From the IMG/VR virus record IMGVR_UViG_3300027763_000029: a stretch of DNA of 64,000 bases; one strand, given 5' to 3'. Shown in pieces: positions 1 through 9,107 of this stretch (positions are counted from its first letter, which is position 1; every line of letters starts with the position of its first letter). The notes beneath the pieces are model-generated. The model had not been told where the DNA came from. It saw only the letters and a program-made list of their open reading frames with translations, and did not search any database. This DNA is from a virus. The position numbers were made by a program, and so were the translations under genes.

Positions 1-187
1 CAAGCCTCTTTACAAGGCCAATTTCAGTGAAGATGATTACGAAGATGATGAGGATGATTATCTGAATGATTATGATGAGAACTATTGGGATCAGTTTGAT
101 GATGAAGATGAAGATGAGGACGATCTTGATAGTGACGAAGAAGATGAGATGGATGATGAAGATGGGAGCAACGGTTTCTATAAGTAA
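1..187 (+). CDS. 3' end of a highly acidic (Asp/Glu-rich) protein, truncated by the window edge
   Basis: Run of GAT/GAA codons reading ...EDDYEDDEDDY...DGSNGFYK, stop TAA at 185-187. Confidence 0.7.
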   Translation, partial: KPLYKANFSEDDYEDDEDDYLNDYDENYWDQFDDEDEDEDDLDSDEEDEMDDEDGSNGFYK

Positions 188-194
188 AAAGCTA

Positions 195-275
195 AGATGG
201 TGTTTGGAACTTGTAAGATAGTACCTATATAGTTTCTACTATAATACAATAACGGTTCGATTCCGTTACCATCTT
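195..275 (+). ncRNA. tRNA-like element (degenerate tRNA or tRNA mimic)
   Basis: Acceptor stem AGATGGT(195-201)/ACCATCT(268-274) and canonical T-arm AACGG-TTCGATT-CCGTT (251-267). D and anticodon arms are non-canonical: TATAG/CTATA stem with 6-nt loop TTTCTA. Confidence 0.5.
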
Positions 276-355
276 TTTTAGATATTGCTTTTGATGGTAG
301 TGTTTACTGTCCCAATATCAAAATTGTAGATAGGAAGTTGGAAAAAGGAAAACAA

Positions 356-1498
356 ATGTTTAGCGACAATATTGGTTTCAACCCGTTTGATAAAGACAAC
401 AATGTTCATGCTAATGGTTATGCTCAGAATAGACAAAGATTTTTGAATTCATTCAATCAGAACCATATCTTTATCTATAATGGTAATCCTCGTAAGAAGA
501 TTAGCAGTATGAGTCATACTAATGATATTAATGAGATGCTTGAAGCAAATATTAATAATCATTCCGATTCATATTTTTATGTGAATGGTGGTCGTAAGGT
601 TTACGCTATCAAGCAATTCACCAGTTGTTTCTGTGATATGGATGCTGGGCGAGATGATCAAGGCAGTTACTTTAAGCCTAGTATTGTAATGCAAAAGAAG
701 AAGGAATTTCTAAATAAGATCAACAGTTTTCCTGTTAAGCCAAGTTGGGTTGTCGATACTCGCAATGGCTATCAGTGCTACTGGATTTTTGATGATGCTT
801 CAAGAAACATTGTTGGTTCTAACCAGACTTTCTGGAATGGACTACAGAAGAAACTGGTAAATTACTTTGGTGGTGATCCAAGAGCTATCAAGGCTAATCA
901 AATTTATCGTGTTCCTTATACTTGGTGGCGTAAAGAGTGGGAAAAGAAAGCCCCATACTTCACAAGTCTGCTTAACGGCAGCACTGGTCAACCGATTAAT
1001 GTTGCTGATCTAAAGTCTGCTCTTACTGGTCAACCAGCTACCTTGCAGATCATTGCTGATAAGTGCAGTGATGAATGGTATAAGGGTTATGCCAAGGCAT
1101 ACAAGCAGTCTGATATTACTGGAGTTCCAGTATCAGTTAATGTTGCCACAGAAATTCTCAATAAAATGCGAGTTTCAAATTCTGAGAACTATAATAATAG
1201 TAGTCCAGATTATTGTAAGGCTGTTTATGATCATGCTAAGAGTACAGTTTTTCAAAAGGCTTATGGTGATCCAATGCCAGTTCAACCCATCCAAGATGAG
1301 GATGCTCTGGTAGACGATAGGATGCCCGTAGAGGACGAAGATATGAGTCTGGACGGTCAGCAGACCAAGCTTTTAAAAACGGTCGTGGAGTTCCTTAATC
1401 AAGTCTCAACGCCGCTCTACTTTAGCAACAATAGATTCCTATCTAACTCTGCTAAAGACCTTGCTTCTCAAATTAGTGACAAGTTTTGTATAGGGTGA
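356..1498 (+). CDS. RepB-like/AEP-superfamily primase-polymerase domain protein
   Basis: Motifs CFCDMD, PSWVVDTRNGYQCYW and D....NQIYRVP are typical of RepB-type primases. ATG at 356 after AAGGA preferred over TTG at 338. Confidence 0.65.
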   Translation: MFSDNIGFNPFDKDNNVHANGYAQNRQRFLNSFNQNHIFIYNGNPRKKISSMSHTNDINEMLEANINNHSDSYFYVNGGRKVYAIKQFTSCFCDMDAGRDDQGSYFKPSIVMQKKKEFLNKINSFPVKPSWVVDTRNGYQCYWIFDDASRNIVGSNQTFWNGLQKKLVNYFGGDPRAIKANQIYRVPYTWWRKEWEKKAPYFTSLLNGSTGQPINVADLKSALTGQPATLQIIADKCSDEWYKGYAKAYKQSDITGVPVSVNVATEILNKMRVSNSENYNNSSPDYCKAVYDHAKSTVFQKAYGDPMPVQPIQDEDALVDDRMPVEDEDMSLDGQQTKLLKTVVEFLNQVSTPLYFSNNRFLSNSAKDLASQISDKFCIG

Positions 1499-1505
1499 GG
1501 GTTTA

Positions 1506-1542
1506 GTGTCAGGGGTATTGGAGACTCCATACCCTTTGACAC
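1506..1542 (+). terminator. Long intergenic hairpin (terminator or processing site)
   Basis: GTGTCAGGGGTATTGGA-GAC-TCCATACCCTTTGACAC inverted repeat directly after the stop; no strong U-tract. Confidence 0.5.
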
Positions 1543-1563
1543 AACAACATAAGGAGAAAACAA

Positions 1564-1830
1564 ATGGGTAGACAGGGTAGACCTACTAATAAGCTTTTGC
1601 AGTTTTTGTTAGATGATGAAGAAGCCAAGAAGAAGTTTATTGAATTGATGAGTGAGCTAGGATCAGCAAGAGATCTTTACTATTATTTTCAAAAGAATAC
1701 GTTTTATGGAAATAAGTACTATCTTAGTTGGCAAACAATTTGTAATGTCATAAGAAGATTAGGATTTAAGGGTCGTAGAGGACGCAATCGTAAGAATGTA
1801 ACTTCTCAAAATAGATATAGCTATAGGTAA
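1564..1830 (+). CDS. Small basic protein, possible HTH DNA-binding protein
   Basis: SD AAGGAG; LSWQTICNVIRRLGFKGRRGR resembles a winged-HTH C-terminus. Confidence 0.55.
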   Translation: MGRQGRPTNKLLQFLLDDEEAKKKFIELMSELGSARDLYYYFQKNTFYGNKYYLSWQTICNVIRRLGFKGRRGRNRKNVTSQNRYSYR

Positions 1831-1834
1831 TTCC

Positions 1835-2254
1835 ATGCCCCAAGAAGATGAAAACTACAATTATGACGATGATGACTATGAAGATAATAGTCAGGACAAT
1901 TTAGAGAGTCAGCATAAAAACTATTTCAAGTTTGATCCCGATGCTTGGGATGCTTGGGGTAAAATGCTGTATGAAGCTCTAAATGATATAGTTGAATATC
2001 CTTCTAATGTATGGTATGTTGGGCCTGGATTTGATAAAGGTTCGTTACCTGTGAATGATTACTTCTCCAAATCAGGGAACTTCAAAAACTCTCTGTATTT
2101 GGGGAACAATCATTATAAAGAACCAGTCTATAAAACAAAATATTTTGTTCATAATAAGCTGGATACTGAGTATAGAAATCACTTAGTGTCAAATGCTGTT
2201 CACTTTTTACAACAGCCAAATTACTATGAGGGACTGTTCGATATTCTAAATTAG
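1835..2254 (+). CDS. Hypothetical protein with acidic N-terminus
   Basis: 139-aa ORF in a tightly packed operon. Confidence 0.7.
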   Translation: MPQEDENYNYDDDDYEDNSQDNLESQHKNYFKFDPDAWDAWGKMLYEALNDIVEYPSNVWYVGPGFDKGSLPVNDYFSKSGNFKNSLYLGNNHYKEPVYKTKYFVHNKLDTEYRNHLVSNAVHFLQQPNYYEGLFDILN

Positions 2255-2263
2255 GGGACAAGG

Positions 2264-2518
2264 ATGTTACCAGCAGCATTTTTATATTTAGCAATGTTTT
2301 TTAGTTCATTTACTGAAACACCATACATTGCTTACGATTTAGCTACTCATATGAGCAAAGCACGCAGAGTAGAGTGGACAAAAATGACAGATGATGAAAA
2401 TAATGTAAGATTCACAATTACATTTTATAAGATGCCAATATTAGCAGAACTTGGTTTTGAGAGAACTTTTGTAGACAAACACAACAACTGTCAAACAGAG
2501 CTTAATAAGAAAAAATGA
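2264..2518 (+). CDS. Hypothetical protein, possible signal peptide
   Basis: Hydrophobic N-terminus; ATGA overlap with the next gene. Confidence 0.6.
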   Translation: MLPAAFLYLAMFFSSFTETPYIAYDLATHMSKARRVEWTKMTDDENNVRFTITFYKMPILAELGFERTFVDKHNNCQTELNKKK

Positions 2519-2754
2519 CTACATACTTTGATATAAAATTCAATAGATCAGAATTTAACATGAGATGTGATGATATGTTTGAAGCTATTTCATACATAGA
2601 AAAAACTCTAAATGAAGATAGGGTTATAGCAGAAAAGATAATCGAAATAGACAATAAAAGCGGTAGGACAGTGACCGTTTACAAACCAGACTTTTCTGTT
2701 AAACTCAGGTGGACAGAAATTCCAAAATATGAAGGAGAAACCCTAGTGTCATGA
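2515..2754 (+). CDS. Hypothetical protein
   Basis: ATGA overlaps on both sides. Confidence 0.65.
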   Translation: MTTYFDIKFNRSEFNMRCDDMFEAISYIEKTLNEDRVIAEKIIEIDNKSGRTVTVYKPDFSVKLRWTEIPKYEGETLVS

Positions 2755-3194
2755 ATCACAATAATGAGCAGTGGTTTTTTATAAATGACTTCGATGATTT
2801 TGTTGATCATGCTAGGTCTTTGGTCTTTAAGTTTTTTGGGGTAGCTAATGAGATGGCTGATGATCCACTATCTTCTTCGTTGGCAACGCTAACAAAAGAA
2901 GAATTATCAGAGATGGATGAAACATTAACTCATGACGAATCAGTAATAATCATAAGGAATCATGCTAAGAAACAGATAAACAGAAAGACTAAACAAACTA
3001 GATACTGTCTAAATGATGAGATACTTCAATCAATTATAGAAGATCTTAATAGTAGAATGGTTAGCAATATTCTCAATACATTGGTGAACAAAGGCGTGTT
3101 GGATAGTGCGTTCGATACTGATCAAAATGATTTTATCTTTTGGGTGAAAGACGAAGATGATAGTAAGCAAAATAAAAAACCTGAGACCGACTGA
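2751..3194 (+). CDS. Hypothetical protein
   Basis: 147-aa ORF with SD GGAG; coupled overlap. Confidence 0.7.
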   Translation: MNHNNEQWFFINDFDDFVDHARSLVFKFFGVANEMADDPLSSSLATLTKEELSEMDETLTHDESVIIIRNHAKKQINRKTKQTRYCLNDEILQSIIEDLNSRMVSNILNTLVNKGVLDSAFDTDQNDFIFWVKDEDDSKQNKKPETD

Positions 3195-3555
3195 GATTGA
3201 TGGAAGTTTTAAGTATACTTGTCCGAATTGTTCTAGTGATTATTGGGTAACTTTAAAACAAACAAGATGCGAACACTTTGTCATAGTGTGTGATTGTGAA
3301 AGCGTTTTAAAACCAAAACCAGTAGAATCTATTAAGATAGTATACAAGAAGAAAAAAGAAAAGACGATATCAAAAGATAATAACGAAATAAGTCCTGAAA
3401 TTTTGAATCGCTGTTGTGAAACTTTAATTCCTTATGGATTTGATAAAGAAGAAGCTGAACAGTTAATTAGAAAAGCTTATTCTATTGATAAAAATGCAGA
3501 TTGTATAAAATTGGTTAAAATGGTAATATTTGACTTTGGAGGAAAAAATGGCTAA
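3157..3555 (+). CDS. Zn-ribbon protein with RuvA C-terminal (domain III)-like helical domain
   Basis: CPNC...CDC at the N-terminus; C-terminal ETLIPYGFDKEEAEQLIRKA resembles RuvA domain III (ALxxLGY/FxxxEAxxAV); overlaps ruvB. Confidence 0.55.
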   Translation: MIVSKIKNLRPTEIDGSFKYTCPNCSSDYWVTLKQTRCEHFVIVCDCESVLKPKPVESIKIVYKKKKEKTISKDNNEISPEILNRCCETLIPYGFDKEEAEQLIRKAYSIDKNADCIKLVKMVIFDFGGKNG

Positions 3556-4465
3556 TGCAATTCGACCTACTCGTTTTAGTGAAATTACTGGTCAGTCAGA
3601 AGTTGTGACCAGACTAGGCATCATCGTAGCGGGCTGTAAAAACTCTGCTGGTGTGATGCCTCATGTTTTAATAGACGGCCCACCGGGGCTAGGAAAGACC
3701 ACCATAGCTAGTGCTATAGCAACAGAGATGGGTGTGAACCTCTATACCGTCAACGGAGCAGCAATCCGTAGTATTAAAAATATTCTACCATATATCATGG
3801 GAATGGAACCAAGATCAGTTTTGTTTATTGATGAAATTCATAGACTTCCAAAAATAGTTGAAGAGTTTTTGTATCCTGTGATGGAAGATTTTGTTTTGAA
3901 TATCACAGTGAAGGACGAACAAGATAAGGAAAAGCCAGAAACTATTGAACTTCCTATGTTTACAATCGTAGGGGCAACAACTAGTGGTGGTTCTCTAAGT
4001 CAACCATTCTATGATAGATTCCAAATTAAAGAGCATTTATCGTTTTATAGTGAGACTGAACTAGCTAAACTAGCAAGGTTAAACGCTGAAAAGCTCGGAC
4101 TAATGATTAGTGATGATGACCTTTTGGAAATAGCTAAAAGAAGCAAAGGAACACCAAGAATTTTGAATGGTAGACTACAATGGTACAAAAATTGTGTTGC
4201 TTATTATACTGATAGAATTCTTAGTGTTAATGATATTTTTGTTAACCAAGGAATTGATAAGGATGGTCTGGACGTGTATGATAAGATGTATTTGACAGTG
4301 CTATTAAAGAATAAGGGTTCTGCTTTGGGTCTTAAAAGTATTTCATCATTGACAGGTATCGCTATAGAAACAATTGAGAATAGCATTGAGCCTTATCTTG
4401 TTAGAAAAGGTTTTGTTGTAAGAACTCAAAAGGGAAGGGTTATAGGCTCATATAAAAATGAATGA
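3548..4465 (+). CDS. ruvB: Holliday junction branch migration helicase RuvB
   Basis: IRP..F.EI.GQ, Walker A GPPGLGKTT, FIDEIHRL, GATT..G.L..P..DRF, GTPRI, EPYL...G...RT.KGR. Confidence 0.95.
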   Translation: MANAIRPTRFSEITGQSEVVTRLGIIVAGCKNSAGVMPHVLIDGPPGLGKTTIASAIATEMGVNLYTVNGAAIRSIKNILPYIMGMEPRSVLFIDEIHRLPKIVEEFLYPVMEDFVLNITVKDEQDKEKPETIELPMFTIVGATTSGGSLSQPFYDRFQIKEHLSFYSETELAKLARLNAEKLGLMISDDDLLEIAKRSKGTPRILNGRLQWYKNCVAYYTDRILSVNDIFVNQGIDKDGLDVYDKMYLTVLLKNKGSALGLKSISSLTGIAIETIENSIEPYLVRKGFVVRTQKGRVIGSYKNE

Positions 4466-4793
4466 AATATCACTAACAATAAATACTCCAACAATAATTC
4501 TCTTCTCAATCACACTCCTAGCAATAGGGGTGTGTTTATTTTTAATAGGCTATTTTCTTGGCAAGCAAAGCTCCTATGGTGTATCTAATACTGTCAGTCT
4601 GAATAAGCCTAGTAGTTTTTTTGACAATAATAAAGAAGAAATTAAAAAGAAGATAGTAATAGATGATGCAAAATTTGTAACAGAAATAAGAACGGATAAT
4701 CTAGAAAAAAAATACGATAATCTAGGGGATGTCAAAGAATCAACTGAGGATATAAGTAATTCTATAAATAAGCTTAAAAATATGAAGAGGTGA
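4458..4793 (+). CDS. Single-pass membrane protein with soluble C-terminal tail
   Basis: N-terminal TM helix IILFSITLLAIGVCLFLIGYFLG; immediately upstream of the actin-like gene. Confidence 0.7.
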   Translation: MNEISLTINTPTIILFSITLLAIGVCLFLIGYFLGKQSSYGVSNTVSLNKPSSFFDNNKEEIKKKIVIDDAKFVTEIRTDNLEKKYDNLGDVKESTEDISNSINKLKNMKR

Positions 4794-4796
4794 ATC

Positions 4797-5801
4797 ATGA
4801 GTTGTGGTCTTGACGTTGGAACAAGTTATATCGTTTTATCAAGAGATGCTGCTAAAGGTAGTGTGCTATATAAGGAATTTAGGGACGCATTTTATATTAT
4901 CAAACCAACAACTCCAGTAGCTACAAAGATGATTGAAAAAGGATTAGCGGGAAAAGTTTTCATTAAAGACACTGATGGATCATTCATACTATTAGGAAAA
5001 GACGCAATAGAAAAAGCTATCGAAAGAAATGATACTGCAAAAAGACCCATGTACAAGGGAGTCGTTTCGGCTAAAGAAAAAGATGCCAAGCGTGTACTTG
5101 CTTTTATTTTAAAAGAGGTCGCAGGGCAAGCCTCAGAGCCTAATGAGAAGCTAGTATTCTGCGTTCCTGCACAACCAGTTGATCAAGAAGATGAGGATTT
5201 TGATGTTGGATATCATGAAGATGTAGTCAAGACTATTTTGGGTGAATGTGGGTATGCCGCTAGAGCAATTAATGAAGCTGAAGCTTTATGTTATGCTGAA
5301 TTAGAGAATACTGATTATACTGGCATTGCTGTCAGTTGTGGTGCCGGGATGACTAATGTTTGCGTAATGCTAAATGGCGAACCTACTGTAGTATTTAGTA
5401 CAACAAAAAGTGGTGACTGGATTGATAGGATGAGTGCTGTTGCTACTGGAGAAGCAGATAGTGTTGTTCAAGCAGAGAAAGAAAATGGTGGTTTTACTAT
5501 CGGTGAACCAAACGATAATCCTATTCTAGGTGCAGTTTCGGCTTACTATGAGAGGCTAATAGATTATACTACCAAACAATTGAGTGCTGCTCTCACAGAT
5601 CATAAGTCACTACCAAAGTTTAAAGACCCATTAACTGTGGTTGTGGCCGGTGGTACTTCTCAGGCAAAAGGATACATAGAACTATTCGCTAAAAAACTTG
5701 AAGAAAATGGTTTTCCTCTAATTATTAAGAGTGTCAAGCACGCCGCAGACCCCTTACATGCGGTAGCAAAAGGATGCTTAATTGCAGCAAAGGTATTATG
5801 A
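4797..5801 (+). CDS. Actin-like ATPase (MreB/ParM/FtsA superfamily)
   Basis: Phosphate-1 GLDVGTS, connect-1 INEAEA, phosphate-2 SCGAGMTN, adenosine VVAGGTS, connect-2 DPLHAVAKG. Confidence 0.88.
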   Translation: MSCGLDVGTSYIVLSRDAAKGSVLYKEFRDAFYIIKPTTPVATKMIEKGLAGKVFIKDTDGSFILLGKDAIEKAIERNDTAKRPMYKGVVSAKEKDAKRVLAFILKEVAGQASEPNEKLVFCVPAQPVDQEDEDFDVGYHEDVVKTILGECGYAARAINEAEALCYAELENTDYTGIAVSCGAGMTNVCVMLNGEPTVVFSTTKSGDWIDRMSAVATGEADSVVQAEKENGGFTIGEPNDNPILGAVSAYYERLIDYTTKQLSAALTDHKSLPKFKDPLTVVVAGGTSQAKGYIELFAKKLEENGFPLIIKSVKHAADPLHAVAKGCLIAAKVL

Positions 5802-6107
5802 GTGTTTAACTTTCTGAATAAACTCAGATATGCTGTTAGATCGCCAAGATGGCAAACTGTAAGAAAAAACCATATAAAGAACAATCCATATTGTATAGCT
5901 TGCGGGAGGGACACTAAGCTGGAAGTTCATCATAAAATTCCAGTGCATATAAATCCCGAATTGGAACTAGATCCATCCAATCTTGTTACATTATGTTCTA
6001 GTCCATGTCATCTTTTATTTGGTCATTTAATGAATTTCAAAAGTTATAATAAAATGGTCATAGAAGATAGTGCGGTGTATTTAAATAAGGTTAAAAATAG
6101 ACCCTAA
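5802..6107 (+). CDS. HNH endonuclease
   Basis: CIACG...LEVHHKIP...NLVTLC...CHLLFGH. Confidence 0.85.
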   Translation: MFNFLNKLRYAVRSPRWQTVRKNHIKNNPYCIACGRDTKLEVHHKIPVHINPELELDPSNLVTLCSSPCHLLFGHLMNFKSYNKMVIEDSAVYLNKVKNRP

Positions 6108-6142
6108 TATTTATTCCTTATCTTTGCCCGAAGGAGTTATTA

Positions 6143-6907
6143 ATGAAAATACTCACTTTAATCATGGGCATTCTTCTATATTCTACTGTGTCTTTTGCTG
6201 GAACAATTGATCCAGATACTCTTGATTCTAAATACGTGGAGTATGGGGAAAAATTTAATCATGTAGTTAAATTATGTTGTCTTGATGGCAGAGGAATATC
6301 TTGTGGATCAGCTGTTGTTATTAATCCTCATTGGATTATAACCGCTGCTCATGTGGTAGAAAACTGCCACAGTTGGACGGTAAATATAAAAGATAAAAAA
6401 TACAAGATATCCAAAGTTTTTATAAATCCAAAATATGATACTAATGTTTTTGGAGAATCAGACATAGCTATAGGATATGCTCCAGACCCAATAGAAATAG
6501 GATTCTACCCTCCATTGTATGAAAAACAAGATGAGGTTGGAAAAATTTGTTCAATAGCAGGATGGGGATTAACAGGTAATTTTAATACTGGAGTTAAAAT
6601 ATCAGACGGAAAAATAAGAGGTGGATCAAATTTCATAGATAGAACAGATAAAAAAGTATTAATATGTTCTCCTTCTAGAAAAAATGAAAAAGTTACAGAA
6701 CTAGAATATTTAATATGTAGTGGAGATAGTGGTGGCGGATTATTTATAGATGGAAAATTAGCAGGAATAAATTCTTCAGTTTTAGGATATGATGGAAAAC
6801 CAGACTCTACTTATGGAGATGAAAGTTGCCATACTAGAATTAGTTTATATATTGACTGGATTAATAATACTATGGGAGAAAATGATGTTAAGAAAAAAGA
6901 AAAATGA
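6143..6907 (+). CDS. Secreted trypsin-like serine protease (S1)
   Basis: Signal peptide; catalytic motifs ITAAH, SDIAI, GDSGG. Confidence 0.9.
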   Translation: MKILTLIMGILLYSTVSFAGTIDPDTLDSKYVEYGEKFNHVVKLCCLDGRGISCGSAVVINPHWIITAAHVVENCHSWTVNIKDKKYKISKVFINPKYDTNVFGESDIAIGYAPDPIEIGFYPPLYEKQDEVGKICSIAGWGLTGNFNTGVKISDGKIRGGSNFIDRTDKKVLICSPSRKNEKVTELEYLICSGDSGGGLFIDGKLAGINSSVLGYDGKPDSTYGDESCHTRISLYIDWINNTMGENDVKKKEK

Positions 6908-7820
6908 CTGTGGATTATTACCATACATAAGAGAAGATATTCATGGTCTTGGGCCAGATATTGCACAATTTTCTGGATGGGAAATTAAAAAATTTAATAT
7001 TGAGAATCAATGGAAATTATCTAAAGGAGAAGGAGTTAAAGTTGCAGTAATAGATACTGGCTGTGATTTAAATCATCCAGACATTAAAAATAATTTATTG
7101 CAGGGTAGGAACTTCGTTGAGCCTGGAAAAGATCCTCAAGATAGAAATGGTCATGGAACACATACAGCGGGAACAATAGCAGCAGAAGATAACCAAGTTG
7201 GTATGGTTGGAGTAGCACCAAAAGCAAAAATAATTCCTATTAAAGCTCTTAATGATGATGGTCAAGGTAGATTGGAATTAATAGTAGAAGCAATAGTTTG
7301 GGCAGCAGATAATGACGCTGATTTTATCTCTATGAGTTTAGGTAGTCCACAAGCTTCGGAGCCCCTTGAGAGAGCTATAAAATATGCTTCTAATAAAGGG
7401 TCTATAATTTTTTGTGCAGCTGGGAATTCTGGAGAACAAGTGGATATAATGTATCCAGCTAAATATGATCATACTATAGCAATAGGCGCTATAGATAAAA
7501 ATCTTTGTCGTACTAATTTTACATGCAGTGGGGAGACTCTTGATTTTCTAGCACCAGGACATGAAATATTAAGTTGTGTGCCAGGAAATAAGTATGCTCT
7601 AATGAGTGGAACTAGTATGAGCACACCATTTGCTGTAGGATGTGCAGCATTACTACTAAGTCATGCTAGACAAATAGAATACTCAGCAATAGGAACTATG
7701 TTAAAAAGATCAGAAGATTATGTGAGTGTATTCAAAAAGAAAGCAAAAAATTTAGCTGATCCTAGATATGCTGGAATTAAAAAATATCAAGGATATGGAA
7801 TATTATATCCTGTTCTCTAG
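6882..7820 (+). CDS. Subtilisin-like serine protease (S8)
   Basis: VAVIDTG, HGTHTAG, AAGN, SGTSMSTP; start at 6882 after GGAG. Confidence 0.93.
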   Translation: MMLRKKKNDCGLLPYIREDIHGLGPDIAQFSGWEIKKFNIENQWKLSKGEGVKVAVIDTGCDLNHPDIKNNLLQGRNFVEPGKDPQDRNGHGTHTAGTIAAEDNQVGMVGVAPKAKIIPIKALNDDGQGRLELIVEAIVWAADNDADFISMSLGSPQASEPLERAIKYASNKGSIIFCAAGNSGEQVDIMYPAKYDHTIAIGAIDKNLCRTNFTCSGETLDFLAPGHEILSCVPGNKYALMSGTSMSTPFAVGCAALLLSHARQIEYSAIGTMLKRSEDYVSVFKKKAKNLADPRYAGIKKYQGYGILYPVL

Positions 7821-8248
7821 GGTTTAGATATACTATAGATATATTCAATAGCTTCTCTATCATACATACCAGCATTCCTAAACTCTTTACGAGTATTTTT
7901 TTGCCACTCTTCAATATCCCTATAATAACTATTGATTTGTCTATTTTCAAAAAATGTTCTTGTTTTTTTTAGCCTATTATCATAATACATTGATTCAACA
8001 GTCTGATTATTTATATTAGCTTGGGACTGATCTAGTACGTAAGATCCTTGGGCCATAGTGGCAGCGGCACTACCTAGCATCATATTTCCATTTGGAGTTC
8101 CACCACCAAAATTATTCATAAAACCACAGCCAAAAGCCATGTTTAAACCGCTCATATTACTCATAGGCTGTTGAGAAGGAAACTGAGCTTTGGTATCACT
8201 AGTATAAAAAAGAATAAAAGCAAACGTTAAAATAAATCCCAAACGCAT
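7817..8248 (-). CDS. Secreted hypothetical protein resembling a Planctomycete-type family
   Basis: Signal peptide; segment GSY.LD.SQANIN...Y.DNRLK.TRTFFE.R.IN..YR; start at 8248 after GGTGA. Confidence 0.55.
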   Translation of the reverse strand: MRLGFILTFAFILFYTSDTKAQFPSQQPMSNMSGLNMAFGCGFMNNFGGGTPNGNMMLGSAAATMAQGSYVLDQSQANINNQTVESMYYDNRLKKTRTFFENRQINSYYRDIEEWQKNTRKEFRNAGMYDREAIEYIYSISKP

Positions 8249-8284
8249 AATATTCACCATAGTTGTAAGATTAGCCACTTATTC

Positions 8285-8312
8285 ATCATAGTGTGATTTC
8301 ATTTGAAGTCAA
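8285..8312 (-). promoter_or_regulatory. Sigma70-like promoter TTGACT-N16-TATGAT
   Basis: Minus strand, ~37 nt upstream of the 8248 start. Confidence 0.55.
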
Positions 8313-8326
8313 CTAGTATTTTTAAA

Positions 8327-9106
8327 TTATCTTTCTAAATATCCAGATTTATAGAATTCATTTACGTTAGGTTCTGATATTTTTTGATGTTCTTCAGAAT
8401 TTCTAAATTCATGACATCCACCACGCTCTATTGGAGTGTGTCCAATAACAGGAAATGATTCTACTCTTGGACTAAAGTCATCATCGTGACTATGAGCTAT
8501 TACTATTTTAGGAATATTTTTAAATCCCATATATGCAGATAAAACTAGGTCGTCATTCCAGCTCTTACCAACAAAATTTAACTTTAATTCATCTAAATCA
8601 AAAAAGTGTCTCATATAAGAAACACTTTTATATCCTTCTAATATTTTAACTCTAGTGTCTTGTTTTATAGTTGTGCAAAAATGGCATGTTCCGTCTATCG
8701 CTGATAGTCCAGCAAATCCTATGGCATAATTTGGGTACCTATTTCTATGCTGTACATGAGCTGAAATCATTCCGTCCATATAGTATAGGTCATCATCTGC
8801 AGTAATAATTATTGCATTTGGATCTGTTACTCTTTCAAGAGTTGGTAGAATTTTAGTTATAGGACCATAATCATCAGTACGATAAATTTCTAAATGAGGA
8901 TATTTATTTTGGTATTCTAATAACCAGTCTGGTATTGATATAGACTCGCCAGTTACATTATATGTATTAGGGACATTTAAGTGAACAGAGTACGATTGCC
9001 ATGACTGTTCAAGTAATGTTTTTATACCATGTCTTGCCCCCATATGATCTTGCTTTTCTAAAAGTCTATTAGGAACAGTAGTTAATGTTACGATTATTTG
9101 ATTCAT
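8327..9106 (-). CDS. GT-A fold glycosyltransferase
   Basis: VTLTTVP.R, DYGPITKILP, IITADDD, DDLVLS. Confidence 0.75.
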   Translation of the reverse strand: MNQIIVTLTTVPNRLLEKQDHMGARHGIKTLLEQSWQSYSVHLNVPNTYNVTGESISIPDWLLEYQNKYPHLEIYRTDDYGPITKILPTLERVTDPNAIIITADDDLYYMDGMISAHVQHRNRYPNYAIGFAGLSAIDGTCHFCTTIKQDTRVKILEGYKSVSYMRHFFDLDELKLNFVGKSWNDDLVLSAYMGFKNIPKIVIAHSHDDDFSPRVESFPVIGHTPIERGGCHEFRNSEEHQKISEPNVNEFYKSGYLER

Positions 9107-9107
9107 A

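Noticed and set aside
233-238. Amber-suppressor (CTA) tRNA
   Set aside because: The loop is 6 nt and CTA is not centred, so the anticodon identity cannot be assigned.
5802-6107. HNH genes (also 46549..47133) as intron-encoded homing endonucleases
   Set aside because: Both are freestanding and the flanking genes are not interrupted.
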